NCBI GenBank assembly: GCA_963767925.1
Contig: CAVYGB010000002.1
Span: forward strand, 1,952,001-2,016,000
Direction of reading: 5' to 3'
DNA: 64,000 nt
Origin: an uncultured delta proteobacterium
GTDB taxonomy: Bacteria > Myxococcota_A > Polyangia > Fen-1088
The notes beneath the pieces are model-generated. The model was not told where the DNA came from, did no database searches, and saw nothing but the letters and a program-made list of their open reading frames with translations. Both the position numbers and the translations under genes were made by a program. Each line of letters starts with the position of its first letter. Within the stretch, counting starts at the first letter, position 1. Shown here piece by piece: positions 1-9,926 of this stretch.

Positions 1-1
1 C

Positions 2-862
2 GGCACCTGGGACTTCAAGTGGCGGAAGGACGCCATCATTCGAGTGGCGTTCCAGACTCCGCCCGGCGGCGAAGAGGGAGCCAGGATCTTTCAGCACCTC
101 GTTCCACGCGTCATCGAGGTTGCCCGGCGCTGGAAGACCCGGATCCGGATTGATTCCAGGTCTGCCGATCCGCCGCAATCCGTGCCTCTGACGTTGCACT
201 TTCTCCCGAACCAGCCCCTTCTGGCCGCCCCACCTCCAGTCGGGATCGGTATAGGGGACGCTGTCCTCTATGACGTCCTGATCTCCCTCGCGCCTCTTCC
301 GGTGCTGATTCCGAAGAGTCACAAGAGGCCCGAGCAGAAGGTCTTCCTCCCGCGTTCCGAGCTGGGTCGCTACGCGCGCCGGCTCGAGTACGGTACCCCC
401 ACAGCGTTCCTGGGGGTCCGTCCGGGTCGGTCGTGGGCGTCGTTCTCGGAGACTCCCGAATGGGAGCACACCGTGCTCCACGAATTCGGCCACATTCTCG
501 GCTTGGCCCATCCTTTTCAGCAGCACAACTCGAGGGTCGATTGGAAGGAGGACGCCGAGCTCAAGAAGATCCTTCCCGGCCTTCTGGATCTCGATCTATC
601 TGAAGACGAGACTCAGGACTTCATCCACTGGCAGCTCAAGGCACGGCTTCCATCTCCGGCGGCTCTTCCGAATGCAGTGGCAGGAGGAGGTCCGTATTTC
701 TCGGACGATTGGGAAGATGTGAGCGCGCCTTCGGTCATGAATCCGCCGTTCATGCACAAGCTCATGAGTCGCACCGGAACGGCCATCGAAGATGGCTGGC
801 GGGTCAGTCCTACCGAGGCTGACCACGCCCACCTTCATGCGATGTATTTCGGGCGCAACTGA
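2..862 (+). CDS. Zinc metallopeptidase (metzincin/astacin-like), 5'-truncated by the window edge
   Basis: HEFGHILGLAH matches HExxHxxGxxH, with a downstream SVM Met-turn. The frame is open from base 2 (GTWDFKWRKDAIIRVAFQ), upstream of the listed start at 44. Confidence 0.75.
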   Translation, partial: GTWDFKWRKDAIIRVAFQTPPGGEEGARIFQHLVPRVIEVARRWKTRIRIDSRSADPPQSVPLTLHFLPNQPLLAAPPPVGIGIGDAVLYDVLISLAPLPVLIPKSHKRPEQKVFLPRSELGRYARRLEYGTPTAFLGVRPGRSWASFSETPEWEHTVLHEFGHILGLAHPFQQHNSRVDWKEDAELKKILPGLLDLDLSEDETQDFIHWQLKARLPSPAALPNAVAGGGPYFSDDWEDVSAPSVMNPPFMHKLMSRTGTAIEDGWRVSPTEADHAHLHAMYFGRN

Positions 863-865
863 TCG

Positions 866-3800
866 TCACAGGAAGCGCAGCTCGACCGCCAGGCGAAGCG
901 CCTCGTCCCATGACTTCGGATCGGCCTCCGCCGGTTCCCGGAGGCGCTCGAGGGCGGCCTCCAGGGCCGGCGGAAGCCGCTGCTGATCGGGCTGCAGAAG
1001 CTCTCCGGCCAGGGCCCGGATCTCGGCGGCCTGCTCCCGATCGCGCGCCACCGCCAGCTCGACGAACAGGCCCACCCAGCGAAACGGATAGGCGTGAGGC
1101 GTGGACCGCCAGAGGGCGCCGGCCCTCTGGGCTCCCGCCCTTGCCGTTTCGAGCTCACCCCGGTGCAGGGCACACCAGGCCCGGCAGGCCTCGGCGACCG
1201 CCAGGTAGGGCGTGAGCTTCGTGGCCTCCGCCATGGTTTGCAGGACGTCGGCGAGCTGCTCGGTCCGGACGAAGTCGCGTTGCCGTCGGGTGGCGATCAG
1301 CAAGTAGTTGAGAGAGCGCGCGAGGAGGCTCCGGTCCTCCACCCGCCGAGCCCCCTCGATGCCTTTGTCGAGCCAGCCGACCGCGGCCGCGACCTCCTCG
1401 GGGCCGCCCCATAGCAGGGCGAAGCCGAGCACGCAATAGGCCTCGCAGCCGTGCGCGTCGATGACGCCCGTCCGTTCGGCGGCGGCGACCGCCTTCTCCC
1501 CCGCGGTGACCGCCTCGGGGGTGAAGAAGTAGCGCCGCCTGCTCATCAGCTCGCCGCCCTTCGATGAGTAGAAGAGGCTCCGCTGCAGGGAGGTGCCGGC
1601 GGACTCCACCACCGGTTCCATCTTCTGGACGATCTCGAGGGTTGCGGGGCCTACCCGTCGCGAGTAGTACAGGATCGAGAGAAAGCCGTAGTGGATCGCG
1701 ATCCACTCCTGCTTCTGCTCGATGGTCTCCTGGGCCTCGATGGGGCCGAGGAGGGTGTCGGCTTGCTGGAGGTGGGTCTCGGCGGGGGCGTATTCGTGGA
1801 TGGTCCAGTGGGACTCGCCGAGCTTGCGGTGGAGGCGGGCGGCCAGGAAGGTGTCGGCGGGGGCGGCGCAGGTGAGGGCCTCGGCGAAGCGCTGGCGGGC
1901 TTCCTGGTGGCGGGCCAGGCGGAACAGGAGGTCACCCAGGGCCTCGGCGGTCTGGCCCAGCCGCAGGGCGCGGGTGGGGTCGGTGGGGGGGGCGGCGCGG
2001 GCCTGCCGGACGGCCTGGCGGTACAGCTCCACCGCCCGCTCGTTGGCGTAGACCGCCTCGGCCTGCCGGGCGCCCAGCACGAGGTGGGGGAAGGCGCGCT
2101 CGGGCACGCCGGCCAGGGACCAGTGCAGGCCGATCTCGCCCGGGAGCGAGGGGGCGCCCTCGGCAGCGCTCTCGCGGTCGAGCACCTCGGCCATCTGCCG
2201 GTGGAGGGCTTGCCGGCGGGCGGGATCGAGGTTGGCGGCGTGGACGGCGCGGAGCTGGTCGTGGACGAAGCGGTAGCGGTCGGGACCCGACGCCTCCAGG
2301 ATGCGGCGGGCGATCAGCTCCTCCAGGGCCTCGGACGAGGCGGCCATCGGCTGGCCGCTCTCGCGGGCCAGGGCCTGCAGGCGGGCGCCCGACCACTCGC
2401 GGCCCAGGATCACGGTCAGGTCGAGCAGGTCGAGCGACCGGCGGCTGAGGAAGTCCAGGCGCCGCTGGAACAGGCGCGCCACCGCCGCCGGGGCCAGCGT
2501 GTCGGCCACGCCCTCGGTCGGATCGAGCGGCCGGGCCAGGGTCCACCCCGACGGGCTCGACCACTGCAGGACGTCCTCCTCGACCAGCCCGCGCAGGTGC
2601 TCGGCTGCGAAGAACGGGTTGCCCTCCGACTGGCGGTGCAGCAGCTCGGGCAGCCCCTCGGGCAGATGGGCGGTGGCCAGCATCTCCCGGGCCATCGCCC
2701 GCAGGTCGTCGAGGTCCAGGCGGCCGAGCGCCAGCCGCTGGTCGGCGGCCAGGGCGGCCAGCCGGCTGACGGCGGCGCCGTCGTCGTCGGAGCGGTAGGT
2801 CCCGATGAGCAGCACCGCCCCCAGCGGCGCGGGGGCCGCGCCAGCGCCCTCGCCGTCGAGACTCTCGAGGAAGGCGAGGGTCAGCTCGTCGGCCAGGTGC
2901 AGGTCGTCCAGGATGAGCAGCAGCGGCGTCCGCTGGCTCTCGATCTCGATGAGCCGCCGCAAGCTGGCCAGCACGCGCCGCCGGCCCGGGCCGGGCGCCA
3001 GCGCCGCCGGCCGGGTGGGGTCGACCCCGGCGATGGCGCGGAGGCTGCTTTCGTAGGCCGCCAGCACGTCGAGGGCCTCGACCGCCTCGGCGGCGGGCGG
3101 CGGGGCCTCGGGGGCGCTCCAGCGATCGGCGAGGCGCTGCAGGAGCGGGCGGAACAGCGACAGGGCCGAGGCGCCCAGGGCGCCGTCGAGGCCCAGCTCG
3201 GCGGCGCTGCCCACCACCACCTCGAGCTGGCGGGCGCGGGCCTGGCGGCCCACATCGTTGAGCAGCCGGGTCTTGCCGATGCCGCTCTCGCCCGAGACGA
3301 ACACGCGGCCGCCGCGATCCTGACCGGCCAGGGCCTCGATCCGCGCGGCCAGGGCGCGCACCTCGGCGGTTCGCCCCTGCAGGCGGGGGCGATGCAGCGG
3401 CGGCCGGGGCAGCAGCCGGGGATCGGGATCGCGCCCCAGGGCGCGTTCGATGATCAGGACCACCTCGATCGCGCGGCCCAGGCGGTCCTCCGGGGCGTGC
3501 TCGAGCAGCCGCCCCAGCAGCCGCTGGATCTCGGGCGGCAGCCCGGGCAGGCGGCGGGCGATCTCGGCGCCGCTCAGACTCTGGCGCGCGCCGGGCGGGA
3601 GCGGAGGGGCGCCGCTGAGCAGCTCGAACAGGATGCAGCCGAGCGAATACAGATCGCAGCGCGCGTCGAGGCTCTCGCCCGCCAGCCGCTCGGGCGCCAT
3701 GTAAGCGGGGGTGCCGGCGACAAGGCCCTCTTCCTGGGCGACCTCGCGGGCGGAGGCCCCCGCGCGCACGGACAGCGCGGTCCCGAAGTCGATCAGCACG

Positions 3801-4553
3801 GGGCGGGTCCCGCCCGCCAGGATCACGTTGCGCGGGCTGAGGTCGGCGTGCACGACCCCCTCGCCGTGGAGGAAGGCCAGCGCGCGCGCCACCTCGGCGG
3901 TCAGCTCGAGGGCCACCTCCAGCGGGTGGCCGCTGCCGGGGGACACACGATCGGCCTCGCCCGGAGAGTCCCGCTCGGGCGCCGGCGCACCAGCCCGCTC
4001 GCGCGCCGGCGCGCCGGCCACTCTGCCGTCGGCGCACCGGCCCACTCTCCCGTCGGCGCGCCGGCCCACTCGCGCGTCGGCGTTCCCGCGCCCCGGCCGG
4101 CCGCCGCATCGATCACCACGGTCCGGGACACCGTGGCCGAGCTCGGGCTCCCCGTGGCGGCGGACCGCTGCGCGATCACGGCGCCGAGGTCGGGGCCGTC
4201 GATGAGCTCCATGGCGTAGAACGGGACCGGGCCTTCCAGGTCGGCCTCGAGGACGCGAACGATGCCGGGGTGCTGGTGGCGCGACAGGCGCAGCAACATG
4301 GCGATCTCCCGGCGCAGCAGCTCGCGGTGAAGCGGGGTCTGCGAGCGCGGGACCTTGAGGGCCACCAGGCCTTCGCTGTCGTCCTGCTGACCGCCCCGAC
4401 CGCCTCGGGCAAGACGCTGCCGGCTTTTCCTGCCTCGACGTCCTCGCTCACGCGCCGCGCCTGGTAGACGATCCCGGTTCCGCCGCGGGCCATCTCGCGG
4501 ACCAGGAGGAAGGAGCCGCAGCGGGGCTGCGCGGCGGATTCGGCGGGGAGCAC
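866..4553 (-). CDS. Ser/Thr protein kinase fused to AAA/NTPase and TPR-like region; two apparent frameshifts
   Basis: Kinase motifs lie in three frames: MARGGTGIVY (ORF 4176..4553), VALK/HPGIV/YAMELIDG (ORF 3901..5409) and HADLSPRN, DFG, GTPAYMAPE (ORF 866..4069). These are followed by Walker A GESGIGKT and Walker B LLILDD. Confidence 0.8.
3981..4075. repeat. Four imperfect 24-bp coding repeats (EWAGAP-like), one unit 23 bp
   Basis: Units start at 3981, 4005 (23 bp), 4028 and 4052. Confidence 0.8.
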
Positions 4554-4701
4554 GGGGCCAGGTTGAGGCGATGTTTCGCCGGGCGCAAGCCCCCCAGAAA
4601 TTTCGATTCGAGGGAACAGAGGGTTGGTTTGGGCCGGAACTGCAGTATGGTCTGACCGGTCTTTCCAACTTCGGGCAAGGCACTAGGCAGAGGAAGAACA
4701 C

Positions 4702-5616
4702 GTGGCGACACTGTGTCGCGCTGATGGGGGACATCGCGTTACGCTGGAAGCGGAGCACACGGTCGGCCGATCGTCGGACTGCCGGCTCAGCATCGCGGCC
4801 CCTTACGTCTCCACCCACCACGCGCTGGTGCAGTGGTCGGGCGCCGGCTGGGAGCTGCGGGATCTCGGCAGCACCAACGGCACCTGGATCAACGACGACC
4901 CGCTCCGCAGCGGCGAGACCCGCATCCTGGGCGAGGGAGACGCCCTCTGCTTCGGGCACCCCGACGAGCGCTGGCTTGTCGAGAGCCTCACGCCCCCCCG
5001 CACGCTGCTGATCCCCCTGCGGGGCGGGGTCCCCACCGCGGTCGAGGGGGACTTTTGTGGGCTGCCCTCGGCGGACAATCCGCTGGTGACCCTGTTTCGC
5101 GACGGCATCGGGAGCTGGAAGCTCGAGCGCGGCGAGGGGCAGGTGAGCGATCTGCAGGCCGGGCAGGTGTTCGACATCGAGGGGCGCAGCTACCGCTTCT
5201 CGCCGGCCGAGGTCCGCATGCGGACGGTGACGCCGGGCCAGCGCTGGGACCTGACGCGGATGCGGTTGATCTTCGGGGTCACGCGCAACGAGGAGCACGT
5301 GGAGATCGAGGTCCAGAACGGCAACGGCCGGACGCTCCCCGCCCGGGCCCACAACTACACGTTGCTCTTCCTCGCCCGCCGCCGCATCGCCGACCTGGAG
5401 GGTGGCCACCCGCCCAGCGGCTGTGGCTGGGTCGACAAGGAGGAGGTGCTGCGCGCGCTGTCGATGTTGCCGTCGCAGCTCAACCTGGAGATCTTCCGCA
5501 TCCGCCAGCAGTTCGCCGAGCTCGGCGTCGCCGAATCCACCCAGATCGTCCAGCGCCGCCCCACCACCCGCGAGCTCCGCATCGGCGTCGAGCGCCTGGA
5601 AGTTCGCGTCATCTGA
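4702..5616 (+). CDS. FHA domain protein
   Basis: FHA motifs VGRS, VSTHHA and LRDLGSTNGTWIN; divergent from the kinase gene. Confidence 0.85.
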   Translation: MATLCRADGGHRVTLEAEHTVGRSSDCRLSIAAPYVSTHHALVQWSGAGWELRDLGSTNGTWINDDPLRSGETRILGEGDALCFGHPDERWLVESLTPPRTLLIPLRGGVPTAVEGDFCGLPSADNPLVTLFRDGIGSWKLERGEGQVSDLQAGQVFDIEGRSYRFSPAEVRMRTVTPGQRWDLTRMRLIFGVTRNEEHVEIEVQNGNGRTLPARAHNYTLLFLARRRIADLEGGHPPSGCGWVDKEEVLRALSMLPSQLNLEIFRIRQQFAELGVAESTQIVQRRPTTRELRIGVERLEVRVI

Positions 5617-5629
5617 GGGCCGGGCGCGC

Positions 5630-6805
5630 TCAGGCCGCGCGCTCGGCGGCGGCGAAGCGGCGGCCGAACACGAGCGTCAGGACCAGCGGGATCACCTCCA
5701 GGGCGGCCGCGGCCAGGAAGGCGGTCTGGGCGCCGCCGCCCACGTCGACGAGGAACCCCGAGCCCATGTAGCCGATGAGGTTGCCGATGCCGAAGGTCGC
5801 CGTCGTGTAGAGGGTCTGGCCGGTGGCGCGCAGCCGCTGGGGGACACACTCGGCCAGCCAGGCCATCGCCGACCCCCAGAACAGGCCGAAGGTGAAGCCG
5901 TGCAGGCTCTGCAGCGCCACCATGGCCACCGGGTCGGTGACCAGCGCCGTCAGCACCCAGCGCACGACGGTGGCCGCCGCCGCCGCGGTGAACAGGGCCG
6001 GCAGGCTGAACCGCCGCCGGATCCGCAGGAAAAACACGAACGCCGCCAGCTCCGCCAGCACGCCCACCACGTAGGCGTAGCTGATGGTGATGGCCGAGAA
6101 GCCACGCTTGAGCGCCAGGATCCCCAGGAACCCGTGGTAGGGCGACAGCGACGCCCAGTGTAGCGGCGCGATGACCAGCAGCAGGCGCAGGCGCGGGTTG
6201 CGCAGGAGCTGCCCCACCTCCCGGATCCGGGGCGCCTCCCGCTCCGGCTCGCCCGGCACCGCCCGGATGCCGAGGGCGGCCAGGGCCGCCAGCAGGTAGG
6301 TCCCCGTGATGACCACCGGCACCAGCGGATCCCCGCCCACCCGCCCACGCGCCACCAGGATCGGCCCCATCACCCAGCAAGCCAGCACGAAGCTGGCCGA
6401 CCCCCACAACCGCAGCCGCGTGTAGTCCACCCCGGTCCGCCGGGCCTGCGCGATCGCCAGACTGTCGGTCAACCCGACGATGGCCACCGCCGCGATCTGG
6501 TGGAGCGCATACACCCCCAGCATCTCGGGCATCCCCCGCACCAGCACCATCGGCGCCATCCCCAGAAACGCCCCCAGACAAGCAATCCGCAAAACCCGAT
6601 CCGGCCGCCGCGTCCGATCCGCCACCCACCCCCAGAGCAGCGGCACCCCGAGATGAAACACCGGCGCCACCGACATCATCAGAGCAATCTCCCGCCCCGA
6701 TAGCCCCAGCCCCCACAGATAAGGCGCAAAGAACGGAATCGAGATCCCGAACGCCGCAAAATAACAAACGTAAAAAAGCTGCAACATCGCCCGAAGCCGC
6801 CGCAC
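5630..6805 (-). CDS. MFS transporter (MFS_1-like / nucleoside:H+ symporter-like)
   Basis: About 12 hydrophobic segments; WGWVADRTRR, YTRLRLWGS and LQSLHGFTFG motifs. Confidence 0.85.
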   Translation of the reverse strand: MRRLRAMLQLFYVCYFAAFGISIPFFAPYLWGLGLSGREIALMMSVAPVFHLGVPLLWGWVADRTRRPDRVLRIACLGAFLGMAPMVLVRGMPEMLGVYALHQIAAVAIVGLTDSLAIAQARRTGVDYTRLRLWGSASFVLACWVMGPILVARGRVGGDPLVPVVITGTYLLAALAALGIRAVPGEPEREAPRIREVGQLLRNPRLRLLLVIAPLHWASLSPYHGFLGILALKRGFSAITISYAYVVGVLAELAAFVFFLRIRRRFSLPALFTAAAAATVVRWVLTALVTDPVAMVALQSLHGFTFGLFWGSAMAWLAECVPQRLRATGQTLYTTATFGIGNLIGYMGSGFLVDVGGGAQTAFLAAAALEVIPLVLTLVFGRRFAAAERAA

Positions 6806-6814
6806 TCATAACAC

Positions 6815-6920
6815 ACCCTCTCTCTCCCCCCGCTCCGTCCGTCCGTCCGTCCCCGTCCCCGTAAGCGTCCCCATCCCCGTCCCCGCCCCCGCCCCCCTCT
6901 CTCTCTCTCCGCCCCCACCG
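6815..6920. repeat. Low-complexity CCGT/CCCCGT/CT simple repeat tract (G-quadruplex potential on the minus strand)
   Basis: ccgtccgtccgtccgtccccgtccccgt...ccccatccccgtccccgcccccgccccc, plus ctctct runs. Confidence 0.7.
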
Positions 6921-6925
6921 CCGGG

Positions 6926-7975
6926 TCACTCCACCACCTCATCTACCCTCTCCCCCGCCCCCGGCCGCAGCCCATACCTCTCCCCCAACCGCGCCAGATT
7001 CGCCACCGTCACCGTCGAGATCGGCGGCTCCACCGGATGATCCCCCGCCCGCCACCCCGTCTGCGCCAGCTCGAAGATCAGGTGCGCACACTGCACCCCC
7101 AGCGCCTCGTGATCCGGCACCACCGCAAACGACCCGAACCGCGCCGCTCCCGCCGCCAGACTGGTCACCCCCACCACCACCGGCAGATCGAGCTGCGCCA
7201 GCTCCGGCCGCCAGGCCACCTCGAGGAACTCGGCGTCGCGCAGCAGCCCGCTGTCGCCGAGCACCCAGAGCGCGTCGAGCTGCGGGGTATCGCGCGCCGC
7301 GCGCAGGGCCGCGCGGACCTCCGCCGCGCCGGGATCGTCCCCCACCACGAAGGGCACCAGCGCGATCTGCTCCCGGGCCGCCAGCCGCTGCTGCTGCTCC
7401 AGGAACCCCAGGAACCGGCGCCGGCAGGGGACCGCCACCCGATGCACCGGGCGGGCGATCACCGACCGGAGCTGCACCAGCGCGGTCACCCCCGGCACCT
7501 CGTAGGCGATCCCGGTCGTGTTGGCGAGGTGGCCCAGGTCCCCCAGGAACGAGGTCATCACCGCCACCGCCGGGGGCGCCGGCCGCTCGGCCGGGCGGCT
7601 GTCGGCGTAGCGCCGGTACAGCGACAGGACCGGGTCGTCCATCACCACCACCGCCGCGAAGCGCTCCCCCTCGAGCGCGCGGACCAGCGCCGCGACCTCG
7701 GGCGGGCCCGCGAACGCCAGGGTGGTGAGGGCGAAGTCGGGCTCGAGCTCCTCGAGCAGCGACCGGTGCACGACCCGGAAGGGCGCCAGATCCGGCAGCG
7801 CGACGAGGATGCGCGGAGGGTGCGCCGGCGCGGGGGGATCGGCGGCGATCCAGCCCCGGGGTGGCCCGGCGCCCGGCCGCGGCGGGCGTGCGCCGAACCC
7901 CCAGCCGAGCGCCCCGGTCAGCGCGCGGAGCAAGGACCGCCGCAGCCGATCGACGGGCGGCGGCTCCCCCGTCAT
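6926..7975 (-). CDS. Exported ABC-type substrate-binding-like protein, paralog of 8749..9891
   Basis: Twin-arginine-like leader RRSLLR; shares NTTGxAYExPGVTA, DALWVLxD and SFAVVPDHExLGxQ with the paralog. Confidence 0.7.
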   Translation of the reverse strand: MTGEPPPVDRLRRSLLRALTGALGWGFGARPPRPGAGPPRGWIAADPPAPAHPPRILVALPDLAPFRVVHRSLLEELEPDFALTTLAFAGPPEVAALVRALEGERFAAVVVMDDPVLSLYRRYADSRPAERPAPPAVAVMTSFLGDLGHLANTTGIAYEVPGVTALVQLRSVIARPVHRVAVPCRRRFLGFLEQQQRLAAREQIALVPFVVGDDPGAAEVRAALRAARDTPQLDALWVLGDSGLLRDAEFLEVAWRPELAQLDLPVVVGVTSLAAGAARFGSFAVVPDHEALGVQCAHLIFELAQTGWRAGDHPVEPPISTVTVANLARLGERYGLRPGAGERVDEVVE

Positions 7976-8748
7976 CGTCCCTTCCAGCGGTCGAGGCCCA
8001 GCATCCCCAGGGTGGCGGCGTCGAGCCGCATCACCTGCTGGATGACCAGGTCACGCCGGCTGGTGTTCCACACCCCCAGCGCGGGCAGGCCGACCCGGGC
8101 CTCCGGCAGGGTGTGCACCCGCAGCCGCAGGCGGCTGCGCTCGGAGATGCTGCCGACCGCCTCGCCGGGGACCAGGACCGCGCCCGCCGCCGAAAACTGC
8201 AGGAGGGGCAGCAGGTCCTCGAACTTGGTCACCCGGCGCAGCTCCACCGTCGACTTGCCGAGCAACCGGGTGACGAGCTGCTGGGTCCCGGTGCGGCCCA
8301 GCAGGTCCACCACGCCGATCACCTTCGCGTCGGGCCCGCCGTCGGCGGCGCTCTCGTCGGACATCAGGACGTACGACTCCCAGTCGCGATCGCCGCGCAG
8401 GCCCTGCAGGGTGGGCGTCATCGACAGCATCGCCAGCAGCGGCTGCAGGGCGAGGATGGCGTCGGGCTTGCGGGTGGCGAGGGCGTCCTCGAAGTCGCGG
8501 AAGCGGCCGAAGACGGTCACCTCCAGGGCCGGCAGCCCCTGGCGCAGGGCCTTCTCCAGCAGCGACGACTTGAGCGACGTGTGCAGGTAGACGTAGAGCG
8601 ACGGCCGGGCCGGCTGGGCGAGCGCCGGTGGGGGCCCGGGGGAAAGGGCCCCGCCGCGGGCGGCGACGCCGCACAGCCAGGCCAGCCCGGCCGCTGCGGC
8701 GAGCAGCCTCCGCCGGCCGGTCGATGGCGTTCCCCCCCTGCCCACCAT
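7972..8748 (-). CDS. Exported hypothetical protein, possibly periplasmic-binding-protein fold
   Basis: RRRLLAAA signal and typical codon usage; overlaps the downstream gene by 4 bp and abuts the upstream gene. Confidence 0.65.
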   Translation of the reverse strand: MVGRGGTPSTGRRRLLAAAAGLAWLCGVAARGGALSPGPPPALAQPARPSLYVYLHTSLKSSLLEKALRQGLPALEVTVFGRFRDFEDALATRKPDAILALQPLLAMLSMTPTLQGLRGDRDWESYVLMSDESAADGGPDAKVIGVVDLLGRTGTQQLVTRLLGKSTVELRRVTKFEDLLPLLQFSAAGAVLVPGEAVGSISERSRLRLRVHTLPEARVGLPALGVWNTSRRDLVIQQVMRLDAATLGMLGLDRWKGR

Positions 8749-9891
8749 CTACTCCACCGGCTCGTCGATCAGGCTGGCGGCGTCCGGGCGCAGGCCCGCC
8801 TGCTCGCGCAGCCGGGCGACGTTGGCCAGGGTCAAGGTGGAGATGGGCAGCTCGACCGGGTGCTGGTCGGCTCGCCAGCCCGACTCGGCCACCCGCAGGA
8901 TGAGGCGGGCGGTCTGGATGCCCAGCTCCTCGTGGTCGGGCACCACCGCGAAGCTGGCGAACTCGGCCCGGGCCGCCACCAGGCTGGCCAGCCCGACCAC
9001 CACCGGGATGCGGAGCTGGTTGATCGCCGGTCGCCAGACCTCGTTGATGAAGCGGACGCTCTTGAGCAGGCGCCGGTCGCTCAGCACCCACAGGGCATCG
9101 ACGTCCGATTCGCGGGTCGAGGCCAGGGCGGCCCGCACCTCGGCGGCGGTGGGATCGGCCCCCACCTCGAGGGGCACCAGGGTGATGTCCTCCTTGGCCG
9201 CCAGGCGGGCCTGCCGATCGATGAACTGGCGGAAGCGCGGCCGGTAGACAACCGCCACCTTGCGCACCGGCCGGCTGATCACCGACCGCAGCTTGACGAA
9301 GGCGGTCACCCCCGGGATCTCGTAGGCCACCCCGGTCGTGTTGCGGATGCGCCGGAGCTCCTCGATGAAAAACGGGGTCATCGCCACCACCGCCGGCGGG
9401 ACCGCCTCGCTGTCCGCCTGGGCCTCGGCGTGGTGCTGGTAGAGGGCGAGCGCCGGGTTGTCGAGCACCAGCAGGCAGGTGGGGTGCAGCTCGGTCAGCT
9501 TGGCGGTGAACTCGGCCAGCTTGGTGTTGGCGTCCACCAGGGCGGTGACGACGTCGAGCTCGCTCTCCAGCTCGCGCACGACCGCCTTCCGCATGACGTT
9601 GAACGCCGGCGAGTCGGGCATCGCGATCAGGAGCAGCGGCCGGCCCGGCCGGCGGGGAGGGTCGGCGAACCGGGGGGGCGGCGGGGCCGCGGGCCCGCTC
9701 GGGACGCCGCCACAGCCCAGCCCCCCGGCCGCCAGGCCCGCCGCCAGCAGGCAGACCAGGGCCCGGCGCCGGCCCGAGGCGAGCGGGCAGCGGTCGGCCC
9801 GAGGTGGTGCCAGGGAACCCACTGACAGCCTCTGGCATCGGTCGATCGCGTCGCCGGCTAGATCGACAGGTGGGCCGGCGTCGGCCTGCAT
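8749..9891 (-). CDS. Lipoprotein, ABC-type substrate-binding-like (start uncertain)
   Basis: RRR plus hydrophobic stretch and LGC lipobox; paralog of 6926..7975. Confidence 0.7.
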   Translation of the reverse strand: MQADAGPPVDLAGDAIDRCQRLSVGSLAPPRADRCPLASGRRRALVCLLAAGLAAGGLGCGGVPSGPAAPPPPRFADPPRRPGRPLLLIAMPDSPAFNVMRKAVVRELESELDVVTALVDANTKLAEFTAKLTELHPTCLLVLDNPALALYQHHAEAQADSEAVPPAVVAMTPFFIEELRRIRNTTGVAYEIPGVTAFVKLRSVISRPVRKVAVVYRPRFRQFIDRQARLAAKEDITLVPLEVGADPTAAEVRAALASTRESDVDALWVLSDRRLLKSVRFINEVWRPAINQLRIPVVVGLASLVAARAEFASFAVVPDHEELGIQTARLILRVAESGWRADQHPVELPISTLTLANVARLREQAGLRPDAASLIDEPVE

Positions 9892-9926
9892 TAAAGCCAG
9901 GGCCCGGTTCGGTCGATCCGCCTGCG

